Source: a virus
Direction: 5' to 3' (one strand)
Length of the DNA stretch: 64,000 nt
IMG/VR virus record: IMGVR_UViG_3300026382_000002
Span: 1-64,000 of that record
Shown here: positions 10,145-18,994 of the stretch, piece by piece
How positions within the stretch are numbered: the stretch's first letter is position 1
Layout of the letters: each line of letters starts with the position of its first letter
Notes under the pieces: model-generated
The model's input: only the letters and a program-made list of their open reading frames with translations
What the model was told of the DNA's origin: nothing
Databases searched by the model: none
Made by a program: the position numbers and the translations under genes

Positions 10145-11968
10145 ATGAGCGTAATTTACTCAGATATAGATTTAAGAAATGTTTTTAGAAAAAACCCTAT
10201 TTTATCGTCTTTTTCATCATATCTTCCTACAAACATTAAGGATATTTTTAAATGGTGTGAGTTCATAGTTAGCAATGTTCCGGTTGCTGCAGCAGGAATA
10301 AAGAAAATTTCTGAAACAACTATTACTAACTTTAAATATAATGTTGGCGATGATTTTAATGAGACCAATATAAATCTTAAAGATTCATGGAAAAAGATAA
10401 TAGAAGAAGAGCTTGGAATGAAAGCTAAATTGATAGAAATTAGTTACAATCTTGAAACATATGGAAACGCTTTTGTTTCTGTTTACAAACCTTTTAACAG
10501 AACGTTAAAATGCAAAACCTGTGGCAATACAATACCTATACAGGCAGCTAGAAATTTATCTTTTAAGATTGTCCGTCTTGCTAGTGAAACCAGCAAAGAA
10601 CACAACATAAAACCATATGACTACTCATCTAAATTAAAAGTAGAAAACGAAACTCACGATAAACTTGTCGCAAATTGTTATTGTAAAAAATGCAAAAATA
10701 TTTCATCGCATGAAATAATTGATTTACCTATAAAAGATGTAAGCAAGACCAATATTATATTGTGGAATCCACACCAAATAAGTATTGAATATAATCCTAT
10801 AAGCGGAAGAACTAATTATTATTATACAATTGACGACACAGTGAAAAAAGCTATAGAGAACAACAATAGATTATTCCTTGAGACAACTCCCAAGGAAATG
10901 ATTGTGTCAGTATTGACTAATAAAAAGTTTAAATTTAACGAAAAAAGCATTTATCATGCAAAGAAGCATTCAATATCTGGAGTAACTACAGTATGGGGAA
11001 TACCTAAATTAGTCGCAGCAATACCATCTGTGCTTACTTATATGATTTACAATAAGGCAAATGAAAAAATTGCAATGGACTATCTAGTCCCACTTAGAAC
11101 TGTTTACCCTGAATCAGCAGGGCAGGGAGAATTATATAATTTCATGTCAGGTGCTTCTGTGGCAGATAAACTAAAAGAGATAATCAATAAATGGAAAATA
11201 GACCCTTCTGGAATTCAAGTTACACCTTTTCCTGTTGGAACGCAACAGATATTAGGTGATGGCAAAATGTTAAATCTTGACCAAGAATTGAACAATAAAG
11301 AAGTATCAATCGCTAACGCATTAGGAGTGCCTATTGAATTCATTAAAGGTGGATTAAGTTATGCATCGCAAGGCCCATCGCTTAGATTGCTTGAGAATCA
11401 AATGGCAAAAAATCAATATGATATGAATAATATAATAATGTTCGTTGTTAACGAAATAGCTTCCATTTTAAACAAAGAGCCTATAAACGTTTCCTTATTG
11501 CCGTTTAAAATTATTGATGATTTACAGGAAAAAGCAACTATTGTCCAACTTGCTGCTCAAGGCGGTGGATTAATCTCCACTGGCACTTTACTAGAATTAT
11601 TTAACCTTGATGCAAATTCTGAAAGAAGAAGAACTGTAGAAGAACAAAAAGAGCAAATAAAAGAACAACTTGATTTACAACATTATCAACAAGAAATTCA
11701 ACAGTCTATAGAGGAAAAAGCTAGAGAACAAAACATTATGAATCAATCAAGATTTAATAACCTAAATCAACAAGCCTTAATTCAAGAAGCTCAAAATCAA
11801 GTAGAACAACTGATGCAGATGGATGAAGGGCAAAGAAGAAGTGCTCTTGATGAAATGGCCAAGACAAACTATATTATGTATGCAACCGTTAAGTCGTTGC
11901 TCGAAATGAAAGAAAGAAAAATGATTTATCAAACAGGAAAGCAAGCTGTTAGTGGACAACAAAATTAA
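10145..11968 (+). CDS. Portal protein candidate
   Basis: 607 aa. It has a portal-like motif (ANALGVPIEFIKGG) and a long Q/E-rich C-terminal coiled coil that resembles a barrel. A CxxC...CxCxxC insertion is present (CKTCGN...CYCKKCKN). Confidence 0.55.
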   Translation: MSVIYSDIDLRNVFRKNPILSSFSSYLPTNIKDIFKWCEFIVSNVPVAAAGIKKISETTITNFKYNVGDDFNETNINLKDSWKKIIEEELGMKAKLIEISYNLETYGNAFVSVYKPFNRTLKCKTCGNTIPIQAARNLSFKIVRLASETSKEHNIKPYDYSSKLKVENETHDKLVANCYCKKCKNISSHEIIDLPIKDVSKTNIILWNPHQISIEYNPISGRTNYYYTIDDTVKKAIENNNRLFLETTPKEMIVSVLTNKKFKFNEKSIYHAKKHSISGVTTVWGIPKLVAAIPSVLTYMIYNKANEKIAMDYLVPLRTVYPESAGQGELYNFMSGASVADKLKEIINKWKIDPSGIQVTPFPVGTQQILGDGKMLNLDQELNNKEVSIANALGVPIEFIKGGLSYASQGPSLRLLENQMAKNQYDMNNIIMFVVNEIASILNKEPINVSLLPFKIIDDLQEKATIVQLAAQGGGLISTGTLLELFNLDANSERRRTVEEQKEQIKEQLDLQHYQQEIQQSIEEKAREQNIMNQSRFNNLNQQALIQEAQNQVEQLMQMDEGQRRSALDEMAKTNYIMYATVKSLLEMKERKMIYQTGKQAVSGQQN

Positions 11969-11972
11969 ATTG

Positions 11973-11981
11973 TGTTAAAAT
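11973..11981 (+). promoter_or_regulatory. Extended -10 promoter-like box (TGTTAAAAT)
   Basis: TGTGTTAAAAT lies 24 nt upstream of ATG 12006, with SD AAAAAAAAGGA between. Confidence 0.4.
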
Positions 11982-12005
11982 TTTACAAAAAAAAAGGAAC
12001 GATAT

Positions 12006-12698
12006 ATGGAGAAAAAAAACATCAAAATAAGTCTTTTGAATCTAGAATCGTTGGTGTTAATTGACTTAATGAGAAGGTTTTCTCAGCAAGATATAGAAAA
12101 AATTTCTGAAGAGGATGTAAGGAAGTCAATAATTGATGATTCTGTTAAAACACTATCGGCACAATCCTGTTTTGTAAAAATGAATTTTGATGATAATATG
12201 GAAGAATTTTTTAAAACACTGTGTGCTATTCAATCTGCAACTCCTTTTGGTTTTAAAGAAATTTATAGTTTACCTGATTCAGACAAAAGTATATTATTTT
12301 CATATAGGATTTTGGAAACTATAAAGCAGTTAAAAATTATAAAACCACTTGAAGAAATAACTATAGATACTTCCCAGATTATAGAATCTACCATAAAAAC
12401 AAATTTATACAAATTATTAAATGAAGAGTTTAAAGTTATTAAAATTGACGAGAATCTAAATTTATTAATAGGAAAAGGCTATCGTGAGACTTGGGATATT
12501 TTAAATGGAATAAAACAGGTCTTTACCACTTTTAGAGTTTTTGGAAGCTATGAAAAAGGAGATAAATTTTCAGGTTTTGTATGCTTATTTAATTCAGAGC
12601 TTGATGAAATTAATAATATTATGAAGACAAATATAGCTCCCTTTGTAGAAGATTTTAAACATTTTCTAGTAAAAGAGAAAAACGATGCGGCCAATTAA
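12006..12698 (+). CDS. Hypothetical protein
   Basis: 230-aa ORF with a good SD. No motif recognised. Confidence 0.6.
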   Translation: MEKKNIKISLLNLESLVLIDLMRRFSQQDIEKISEEDVRKSIIDDSVKTLSAQSCFVKMNFDDNMEEFFKTLCAIQSATPFGFKEIYSLPDSDKSILFSYRILETIKQLKIIKPLEEITIDTSQIIESTIKTNLYKLLNEEFKVIKIDENLNLLIGKGYRETWDILNGIKQVFTTFRVFGSYEKGDKFSGFVCLFNSELDEINNIMKTNIAPFVEDFKHFLVKEKNDAAN

Positions 12699-13116
12699 TT
12701 TCATATATGTTGAGGCTATTACACAAGAAGACTTAATTGAAGAAAACAAAAAATGGAAAGAAGCTGGTTTTGAATATGTTCCATTTCATTATATGTTAAA
12801 TTTTAGTGAACATAAAGCGGACAACGGTGCTGTTATTGTAAAAGGTAGACCATTAAATATGAATAACGGATTAATCAGGGATAGTTTTTTGTCTGCCAAA
12901 GGAATAGGTGTCTTGCTGGTTGTTAATGAATATGGTAATATCCCGATTTCTATATACAAACAATTAGGTAAACTTATTAAACAAACAACAATTGATATAG
13001 GTTTAACAGAATACCAATTGGCAACAAATTATTCTATTGAAGAAAGAAAATTAGATATAGTAAAATTACATTCAGAAATACTGAATGCAGAAGTTGATTT
13101 TTTAAAAATAAAATAA
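12685..13116 (+). CDS. Amidase_2 / T7-lysozyme-like fold candidate with missing catalytic residues
   Basis: WKEAGFEYVPFHYMLN...GAVIVKGRP...AKGIGVLLVVN parallels T7 lysozyme WHKEQGWLDVGYHFII...GTVEAGRD...NSIGVCLVGG. The first zinc-ligand His position reads Y/E, and no C-terminal H...C pair is visible. Confidence 0.4.
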   Translation: MRPINFIYVEAITQEDLIEENKKWKEAGFEYVPFHYMLNFSEHKADNGAVIVKGRPLNMNNGLIRDSFLSAKGIGVLLVVNEYGNIPISIYKQLGKLIKQTTIDIGLTEYQLATNYSIEERKLDIVKLHSEILNAEVDFLKIK

Positions 13117-13131
13117 ACAAAAGGACGTAAA

Positions 13132-13350
13132 ATGTTAGTTTTAGTAAAAACAAAAGACGGTGTTGAAAAGGCTATTAATATTACAAATGCTGAATTTGAA
13201 GCTACAAGGAACAGTCAGGATGCCTCATTGCTTGATTTGAGAATTGTAAAGGAAAATGGACAAGTTACAGAAACGACAATAACTGAGGACTCGTATAGAA
13301 TGCTTATAGATGTTTTACAAAGAAACTCTAAAATGATTTCTTTATCTTAA
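13132..13350 (+). CDS. Small hypothetical protein (72 aa)
   Basis: ORF with SD AAAAGGA upstream. It is the last gene before hairpin 13367-13391. Confidence 0.5.
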   Translation: MLVLVKTKDGVEKAINITNAEFEATRNSQDASLLDLRIVKENGQVTETTITEDSYRMLIDVLQRNSKMISLS

Positions 13351-13366
13351 CTACCTTATCGGCATA

Positions 13367-13391
13367 CTCCCCACGCCTTTAGGCGAGGGAG
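13367..13391 (+). terminator. GC-rich imperfect hairpin at the end of the 6342-13350 operon
   Basis: The sequence is CTCCC-CA-CGCC-TTTA-GGCG-A-GGGAG. The T-tail is weak. Confidence 0.4.
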
Positions 13392-13466
13392 GTTGCTTTA
13401 TACACTATCAAATTATCTGTATCATGTATAGGCCTTTAATTCTATCTGCTCGCATCTTTTGTTTTG

Positions 13467-13475
13467 TGGTATAAT
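13467..13475 (+). promoter_or_regulatory. Extended -10 promoter-like box (TGGTATAAT), consensus
   Basis: TTTTGTTTTGTGGTATAAT. The hexamer ends 22 nt upstream of ATG 13498, with SD AAAAAAGG between. Confidence 0.6.
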
Positions 13476-13497
13476 TTACACAAAAAAAAGGCTGCAA

Positions 13498-16400
13498 ATG
13501 TATCATAAAATAGATTCTAATCCAGAGGAACTAGATAATAAAATACTCAAAAATATGACAAAAGCAATAGCAGATAATTTCCCCATTAAAGGTAATTTTT
13601 ATACCTTAAAAGTAAGTAATCTTCATCCTGAAAGAGCAGACGTTTCCCTAAACGATATAAAAGATGCTATTTTGTCAGGTAAAAGTATATACAATACAAT
13701 AAAAGGAGATATGGAACTTGTAAGAAATTCTGATGGTAAAATTGTAGATAGAAAGTCCAATGTAGTGATAGCAAGAATTCCCAAATTTACAAAAAAAGAA
13801 ACTTTTATAGTTGATGGAAATTCCTACGTCGTTCCGAATCAGCAAAGATTAAAACCAGGAGCATATTTATTTCAAAGAAAAAATGGCGAGATTGTAACAA
13901 TATTTAATACTCAACAAAATAGACAATTTAAATTGTCTCTTGACCCATCTACAGGTATTTTTTATTTTAACATAGGAAGCAGTAAGGTTCCTGCTATAAG
14001 CATTCTTAACGCACTTGGTGTGTCCCATCAGGATTTAATTAAAACTATAGGTAATAAACTGTATACTGTAAACCAAAAAAAAGCGAATCCATCTGATTTA
14101 GATAAATTTATTAAAAAATCATATAAATTACCATCTGAGTTGCAGAACGCATCTAGCGAGGAAAAAATAAAATACATATTTGGGAATATGAAGGTTGACG
14201 ACGATGTAGTAAATAGAAATTTCGGGGTTAAAACAAACAAAATAGACACTAGATTAATATTGGCTTCTATGAAAAAATTATTAGATGCAAACAGGGGAGA
14301 GGAAGTTGAGCTAGACCAAAAAAACAATTTAGCCAACAAGAAAATATTAAACGCAATGCATCTAATGCCTGAATATTTTAATAAGAATTTCAAAAATGAA
14401 GCATTCAAGATTAAGTTAAAATTAAGTAAGCCAAATGTTACCAAAATTCAAGACGTTTTCACACCCTCCCATGTTACAGAAACTGCAAAACTATTCTTAA
14501 CAACATCTAAAATATCAAGAATGCCTGAAGAGTACAATCCTCTTCAAATTCATATGGCAAGTAAGCTATTAACACCTATGGGTGAAGGTGGTATTGAAAC
14601 AGATAGGGCATTAACTGAAGATGATAAGGCTATACATCCTTCACAATTAGGTTTTATAGACCCTATTGTATCCCCAGAGGGTGCAAAAACAGGTATTACA
14701 TTAGCGGTTACTGAAAACGCTTATATTTCCGATGATGGCGAGCCCGCAATAAAAGTTATCAATGTTAAAACTGGAAAAGATGAAATAGTTCCAGTTAAAG
14801 ACCTTTGGGATAAAAAAGTTGCATACCCAACCACTAATGAGAGAGCAAAAAAAGAAGGTGTTGGAGTAAGATATAAAAACAAAGAATACGTAACCAAGTC
14901 ATTAAAAGATGTTGACTATATGTTGCCTCATACTTCAGATATTCATAGCGCTTCAAGTAAGACATTGCCCCTAATTAACTCTATGGACGGTGTGAGAGCA
15001 ACAATGTCTCAAAAACATGGCCAACAAGCCCAATCGTTAAAACATAGGGAAGCACCTTTTGTTAGTACTGAGGACACTGATGGAAGAGATTTTTTTGAAA
15101 ATATTGCAGAAAAAACTACCCAAGTAATAAAAGCACACAGAAATGGTAAAGTTACTAAAATCACAGATGATGCTATTTATATTGATGGTGAAAAACACGA
15201 ACTTGTAAAAAACCTGCCTCTTTCAAGAAAAACATATATAGATATGGAACCAAAAGTAAAAGTGGGCGATATTGTAAAGAAAGGTCAAATTATTGCGGAA
15301 AGCAATTTTTCAAAAGACGGCGCACTTGCTACTGGAACTCATCTTAGGACCGCTTGGATGTCAATGCCAGGAAATAGAAATGACGCCGTAATAATATCTG
15401 AGAGCGCAGCCAAAAAATTAACATCATTACATATGTATAAAGAAGAAATACCTATAGAAAAAGATGATATTCTTGATATTAAAAAAGCTAAAGCACTGTT
15501 CCCGATGACGTTGAGCAAAGTTAATTTATCTAATTATGATTCTTATGGAGTAATAAAAAAAGGGGCTATTGTTAAACCTAAAGAGCCATTAGTTATAAAA
15601 CTTGTTCCTAACAACGAAAAGCCAATTACTTCTCTTGATAAAACGTTATTTAAACCGTTCAAGTTAAAACTTGAAACATGGGAGCATGCTCACGATGGTG
15701 AGGTGGTATCAGTCAAAAGAACCGGCAACACTGTTAGGATATTCGTAAAAACAGAAGCAGAGGCGCAAATAGGAGATAAAATATCAGGTAGGTATGGTAA
15801 CAAAGGTCTGATATCTAGGATATTGCCAGATGACAAGATGCCTAAAAACAAAAAAGGCGAACCTGTTCATGTTGTATTTACATCTGCTGGTGTAATCTCA
15901 AGAACTAACCCTGGACAATTAATAGAGGGAACATTAGGAAAAGTTTCAAGAAAAACGGGCAAAAAATATAAAATTACCCAATATGGAAATCCTGATAATT
16001 TATCATTTGCAGAAAATGAAGCAAAAAAACATGGAGTTGAACAATATGAGACATTGATAAACCCGGAAACAGGAAAGCCTTTTGATAAAAAAATATTTGT
16101 GGGAGAGCCTTACATACACAAATTGTTTAAAGATAGCGAGTCTGGGATGTCTGCAACTTCTACTGATAAAGTAAATATAAATGAACAACCTGGTAAAGGT
16201 GGAAAAACATCAGCGTCATCTTTTTCAAATATGGAGGTGAACGCATTATTAGCTCATAATGCAAAAGATTTCCTGAGAGAAGTCAGAACGATAAAAGGAC
16301 AAAAAAATGACGCTTGGTTTGAAGCGTTTAGAAAAGGTGAACCATTACCTAAGCCTGCTGAAAATTTTGCTTACGAGAAATTTAAAGCTTTACTATCTCA

Positions 16401-17820
16401 ATTGAACGTAGATGTTCATAGTGACCCAAAACAATTTAAAATTTTACCAACAACAGATAAGGAAGTAATATCTAAAGGCCGTAGAGAAGTAAAAACGCCT
16501 GAAACAATCAATGCAGCCGATGGAAAACCAAGAAAAGGGGGATTGTTTGACCCTAAAATTTTCGGTGAACTAGGAAACAGATATGGGCACATTAAATTAT
16601 CTGAACCAATAATAAACCCTATGTATTCGTATGAAACATCATTCTTGTTGGGAATTCCAGAAAAAAAACTACAAGAAGAGATGACTAAACCAAACGGTGT
16701 TTCCGATATAGTAAAAAAACTATCTACTATAGACATAAATAAAGAAATAAAAAAATTGAAAGATGAAAGCAAAAAAACTAAAAACCCTCAACTGAAAGAT
16801 AGGAATTTAAAAATAATTAAATTTCTTGAAAAATTAAGAGATAACAATCTTAAATTAAAAGATGTTGTTGTAACCAAAAACATAACAGTAATCCCCCCTA
16901 TATACAGACCTATAATAAAAGACCATACAGGAAAATATGGAGTGTCAGATATTAATATTCATTATCAGGAAATTATGAAAATCAACGATGCTTTAAAAGA
17001 AGCTAAAAAAGAAAAATTGGATACTCAAACAATAAATGCCCTGAAGGTCGATTTGCAGGATGCGATAGCGGCAATGTATGGGCTTAAAGAAAGTAAAAAT
17101 CCATTTATAAAAAATAAAAAAATTAAAGGGGTTCTTGATATAGTAGGCGGTAATAGACCAAAGGATTCATTTGTTCAGGAGAATCTATTAAGAAAAAATC
17201 AATTCATGTCGGGAAGGGCAGTTATTACTCCATCAAGAGGCGATTTAAAGCTCGATGAAATAGAAATACCTGAAGATATGGGGTTGAAGATTTACGAACC
17301 TCATATTAGCAGGGAGTTATCAAAATTAGGATATTCTCAATTGCAAATAAAAGAGATGATAAAAAATAAAGACCCTAAAGTTTTAGATGTTCTACACAAA
17401 TTAGGCAAACAAATACCTGTAGTATATAATAGGGCGCCATCATTGTGGAAACACAACTTGATTGGTGCTTATCCTAAATTTGTCCCTGGCCATAGTATAG
17501 CAATACCTCCTATGGTTGAAAGAGCGCACAACGCCGATTATGATGGCGACCAAATAGCAGTACATGTACCAGTAAGCCCAAAAGGTATTGAGGATGTGAA
17601 GAATAAAATAATGGCATCAAAACAATTGTTTACAGAGCAAGGGACTATTGTTCAAAAAGATTTACTAATGATTACTGACCAGGATGCTATTGTGGGAGTA
17701 TATAAAGCCTCAAGGCCTAGCAATAAAAAACCTGTAAAAGTTAGTAATATAAAAGAGCTTGAAAGATTGATTGCAGAGGGCAAAATTAATTATAATGATA
17801 AAGTTATAATAGGGACTTAA
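13498..17820 (+). CDS. Multisubunit RNA polymerase: beta fused to the N-terminal half of beta-prime
   Basis: Beta motifs: FIVDGNSYVV, GRYGNKGLISRILPDDKMP, and NMEVNALLAHNA. Then, with no linker, beta-prime motifs: VKTPETINAADGKPRKGGLFDPKIFG, NRAPSLWKHNL, and the catalytic NADYDGD (17530-17550). I prefer ATG 13498 over the track's TTG 13459. Confidence 0.85.
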   Translation: MYHKIDSNPEELDNKILKNMTKAIADNFPIKGNFYTLKVSNLHPERADVSLNDIKDAILSGKSIYNTIKGDMELVRNSDGKIVDRKSNVVIARIPKFTKKETFIVDGNSYVVPNQQRLKPGAYLFQRKNGEIVTIFNTQQNRQFKLSLDPSTGIFYFNIGSSKVPAISILNALGVSHQDLIKTIGNKLYTVNQKKANPSDLDKFIKKSYKLPSELQNASSEEKIKYIFGNMKVDDDVVNRNFGVKTNKIDTRLILASMKKLLDANRGEEVELDQKNNLANKKILNAMHLMPEYFNKNFKNEAFKIKLKLSKPNVTKIQDVFTPSHVTETAKLFLTTSKISRMPEEYNPLQIHMASKLLTPMGEGGIETDRALTEDDKAIHPSQLGFIDPIVSPEGAKTGITLAVTENAYISDDGEPAIKVINVKTGKDEIVPVKDLWDKKVAYPTTNERAKKEGVGVRYKNKEYVTKSLKDVDYMLPHTSDIHSASSKTLPLINSMDGVRATMSQKHGQQAQSLKHREAPFVSTEDTDGRDFFENIAEKTTQVIKAHRNGKVTKITDDAIYIDGEKHELVKNLPLSRKTYIDMEPKVKVGDIVKKGQIIAESNFSKDGALATGTHLRTAWMSMPGNRNDAVIISESAAKKLTSLHMYKEEIPIEKDDILDIKKAKALFPMTLSKVNLSNYDSYGVIKKGAIVKPKEPLVIKLVPNNEKPITSLDKTLFKPFKLKLETWEHAHDGEVVSVKRTGNTVRIFVKTEAEAQIGDKISGRYGNKGLISRILPDDKMPKNKKGEPVHVVFTSAGVISRTNPGQLIEGTLGKVSRKTGKKYKITQYGNPDNLSFAENEAKKHGVEQYETLINPETGKPFDKKIFVGEPYIHKLFKDSESGMSATSTDKVNINEQPGKGGKTSASSFSNMEVNALLAHNAKDFLREVRTIKGQKNDAWFEAFRKGEPLPKPAENFAYEKFKALLSQLNVDVHSDPKQFKILPTTDKEVISKGRREVKTPETINAADGKPRKGGLFDPKIFGELGNRYGHIKLSEPIINPMYSYETSFLLGIPEKKLQEEMTKPNGVSDIVKKLSTIDINKEIKKLKDESKKTKNPQLKDRNLKIIKFLEKLRDNNLKLKDVVVTKNITVIPPIYRPIIKDHTGKYGVSDINIHYQEIMKINDALKEAKKEKLDTQTINALKVDLQDAIAAMYGLKESKNPFIKNKKIKGVLDIVGGNRPKDSFVQENLLRKNQFMSGRAVITPSRGDLKLDEIEIPEDMGLKIYEPHISRELSKLGYSQLQIKEMIKNKDPKVLDVLHKLGKQIPVVYNRAPSLWKHNLIGAYPKFVPGHSIAIPPMVERAHNADYDGDQIAVHVPVSPKGIEDVKNKIMASKQLFTEQGTIVQKDLLMITDQDAIVGVYKASRPSNKKPVKVSNIKELERLIAEGKINYNDKVIIGT

Positions 17821-17835
17821 TCTTTAGCCCCTATT
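17808..17835. terminator. Hairpin spanning the overlapping convergent stops of the RNAP and endolysin genes
   Basis: AATAGGG (17808-17814) pairs with CCCTATT (17829-17835). There is no T-run on either strand. Confidence 0.25.
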
Positions 17836-18425
17836 GCAAAATTTAACCTATTAAACCATCCTGCAAACAATTCGTTCGTTGGCCTATTTTCCATAGACTC
17901 TTTAAATTTGCAAAATTCAATTCCATTAAGCACATTTAACAATCTTCTTTTGTTTACAAGATTTACAGCTTGTATAGTTTTTTTTCCAACTATACCATCA
18001 ATAATTAAGTCAGGAAAAAGTCTGCCGTTTCTGTTTAGCAGATTTAATGCCTCCTGTAGATTTTTGCCTGCAGTCTGCCATGTTCCCAATATTACAGACT
18101 GCTCTAACAATTCTTCCGCTACATCATAAGGCAAATCATCGCCCTTGAATCTATTCCAATATTTTTGGTAATAAAATTCTTTTACCAATGTTTGCAATTC
18201 ATCGATATTGGCTAGTTTTTCGTTTAAAGCTCTTTTTTGATTCTTATCTTGTGGATTAAAATCATACGGTTTTGCATCATCTATGATTTTCCAACCAATC
18301 CAATCATTATTATATTTTCTACTTATCCCTTTATAAGTTTCTCCGCCCACGTCATTAGAATTGTTTGAGTAACCGCCTTCGTGTCCAATTAAATTATCAT
18401 AAGCATTTAAGAAAGCCCTTGTCAT
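17817..18425 (-). CDS. Endolysin, GH108-type lysozyme with a C-terminal peptidoglycan-binding region
   Basis: LIGHEGGYSNNSNDVGGETYKGIS matches the GH108 signature (EGGY...DxGGxTxxGI). 202 aa. Confidence 0.8.
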   Translation of the reverse strand: MTRAFLNAYDNLIGHEGGYSNNSNDVGGETYKGISRKYNNDWIGWKIIDDAKPYDFNPQDKNQKRALNEKLANIDELQTLVKEFYYQKYWNRFKGDDLPYDVAEELLEQSVILGTWQTAGKNLQEALNLLNRNGRLFPDLIIDGIVGKKTIQAVNLVNKRRLLNVLNGIEFCKFKESMENRPTNELFAGWFNRLNFAIGAKD

Positions 18426-18446
18426 TTTAAATCCTTTTTTATTGTA

Positions 18447-18457
18447 ATTTTACCTCA
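18447..18457 (-). promoter_or_regulatory. -10-like box (TGAGGTAAAAT) for the endolysin gene
   Basis: The reverse complement reads TTTTTGAGGTAAAATTACAAT. It lies upstream of SD AAAAAAGGA and ATG 18425. Confidence 0.35.
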
Positions 18458-18517
18458 AAAACAAGCTATTTAAAAATACACTAATTTACGCATATTTTGT
18501 AATAGCGTTTTTTTTTA

Positions 18518-18525
18518 TGTAAAAT
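18518..18525 (+). promoter_or_regulatory. -10-like box (TGTAAAAT) for the holin-to-kinase operon
   Basis: TTTTTTTTTATGTAAAAT lies 30 nt upstream of ATG 18556. It diverges from the endolysin promoter candidate. Confidence 0.3.
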
Positions 18526-18555
18526 GTTGTTAAATACTTAAAAAAGGACTGAATT

Positions 18556-18963
18556 ATGGGGCTTATTAATTTTTCTCTAGGGGATATAGGAAGCGTGTTT
18601 AAAGATATTAGAGAAGCTATTACTGGAGAGGCTATTAAAGACCCGAACAAGCAAGCTGAGATTTTAATGAAACTTCAACAGATAGAGCTTGAATATACAA
18701 AAATGAAGGCAAATATAGTTGAAGCTGAGGCAAAGTCTGACCATTGGCTTACAAGCTCTTGGAGGCCTATTACAATGTTAGTGTTTGTTTTTATTATTTT
18801 TAATAACTATGTATTAGTGCCTTATGCGCAAGCGTTTGGAGCTAATATACCAACTTTAAACCTAACACAACAAATGTGGGAACTATTAAAAATAGGAATA
18901 GGCGGGTACATAGTAGGAAGAAGTGCCGAGAAAGTAGCTAAAAGCTTAAAAGAAAAATTGTAA
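18556..18963 (+). CDS. Holin candidate (3-TM, GTA-type holin family)
   Basis: An N-terminal amphipathic/coiled region precedes AEAKSDHWLTSSWRPITMLVFVFIIF, as in the 3-TM holin family. It is adjacent to and divergent from the endolysin. Confidence 0.6.
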   Translation: MGLINFSLGDIGSVFKDIREAITGEAIKDPNKQAEILMKLQQIELEYTKMKANIVEAEAKSDHWLTSSWRPITMLVFVFIIFNNYVLVPYAQAFGANIPTLNLTQQMWELLKIGIGGYIVGRSAEKVAKSLKEKL

Positions 18964-18994
18964 CAAATACATCAAGCTTTTAAAGGATGATACT

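Noticed and set aside
13459-13497. TTG start at 13459 for the polymerase ORF
   Set aside because: The extension would begin inside the -10 box (13467-13475) and has no SD. ATG 13498 has AAAAAAGG at the usual spacing.
13498-17820. Host rpoB-rpoC operon, meaning the window would be bacterial chromosome or a prophage edge
   Set aside because: The gene is flanked by portal, endolysin and holin genes. The protein is much shorter and more diverged than cellular beta/beta-prime, and beta-prime is truncated after NADYDGD with its other half elsewhere. No ribosomal-protein genes are nearby.
17808-17835. Strong bidirectional terminator at the RNAP/endolysin junction
   Set aside because: The 7-bp AT-rich stem has a 14-nt loop and no U-tract on either strand. 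I list it as a low-confidence hairpin only.
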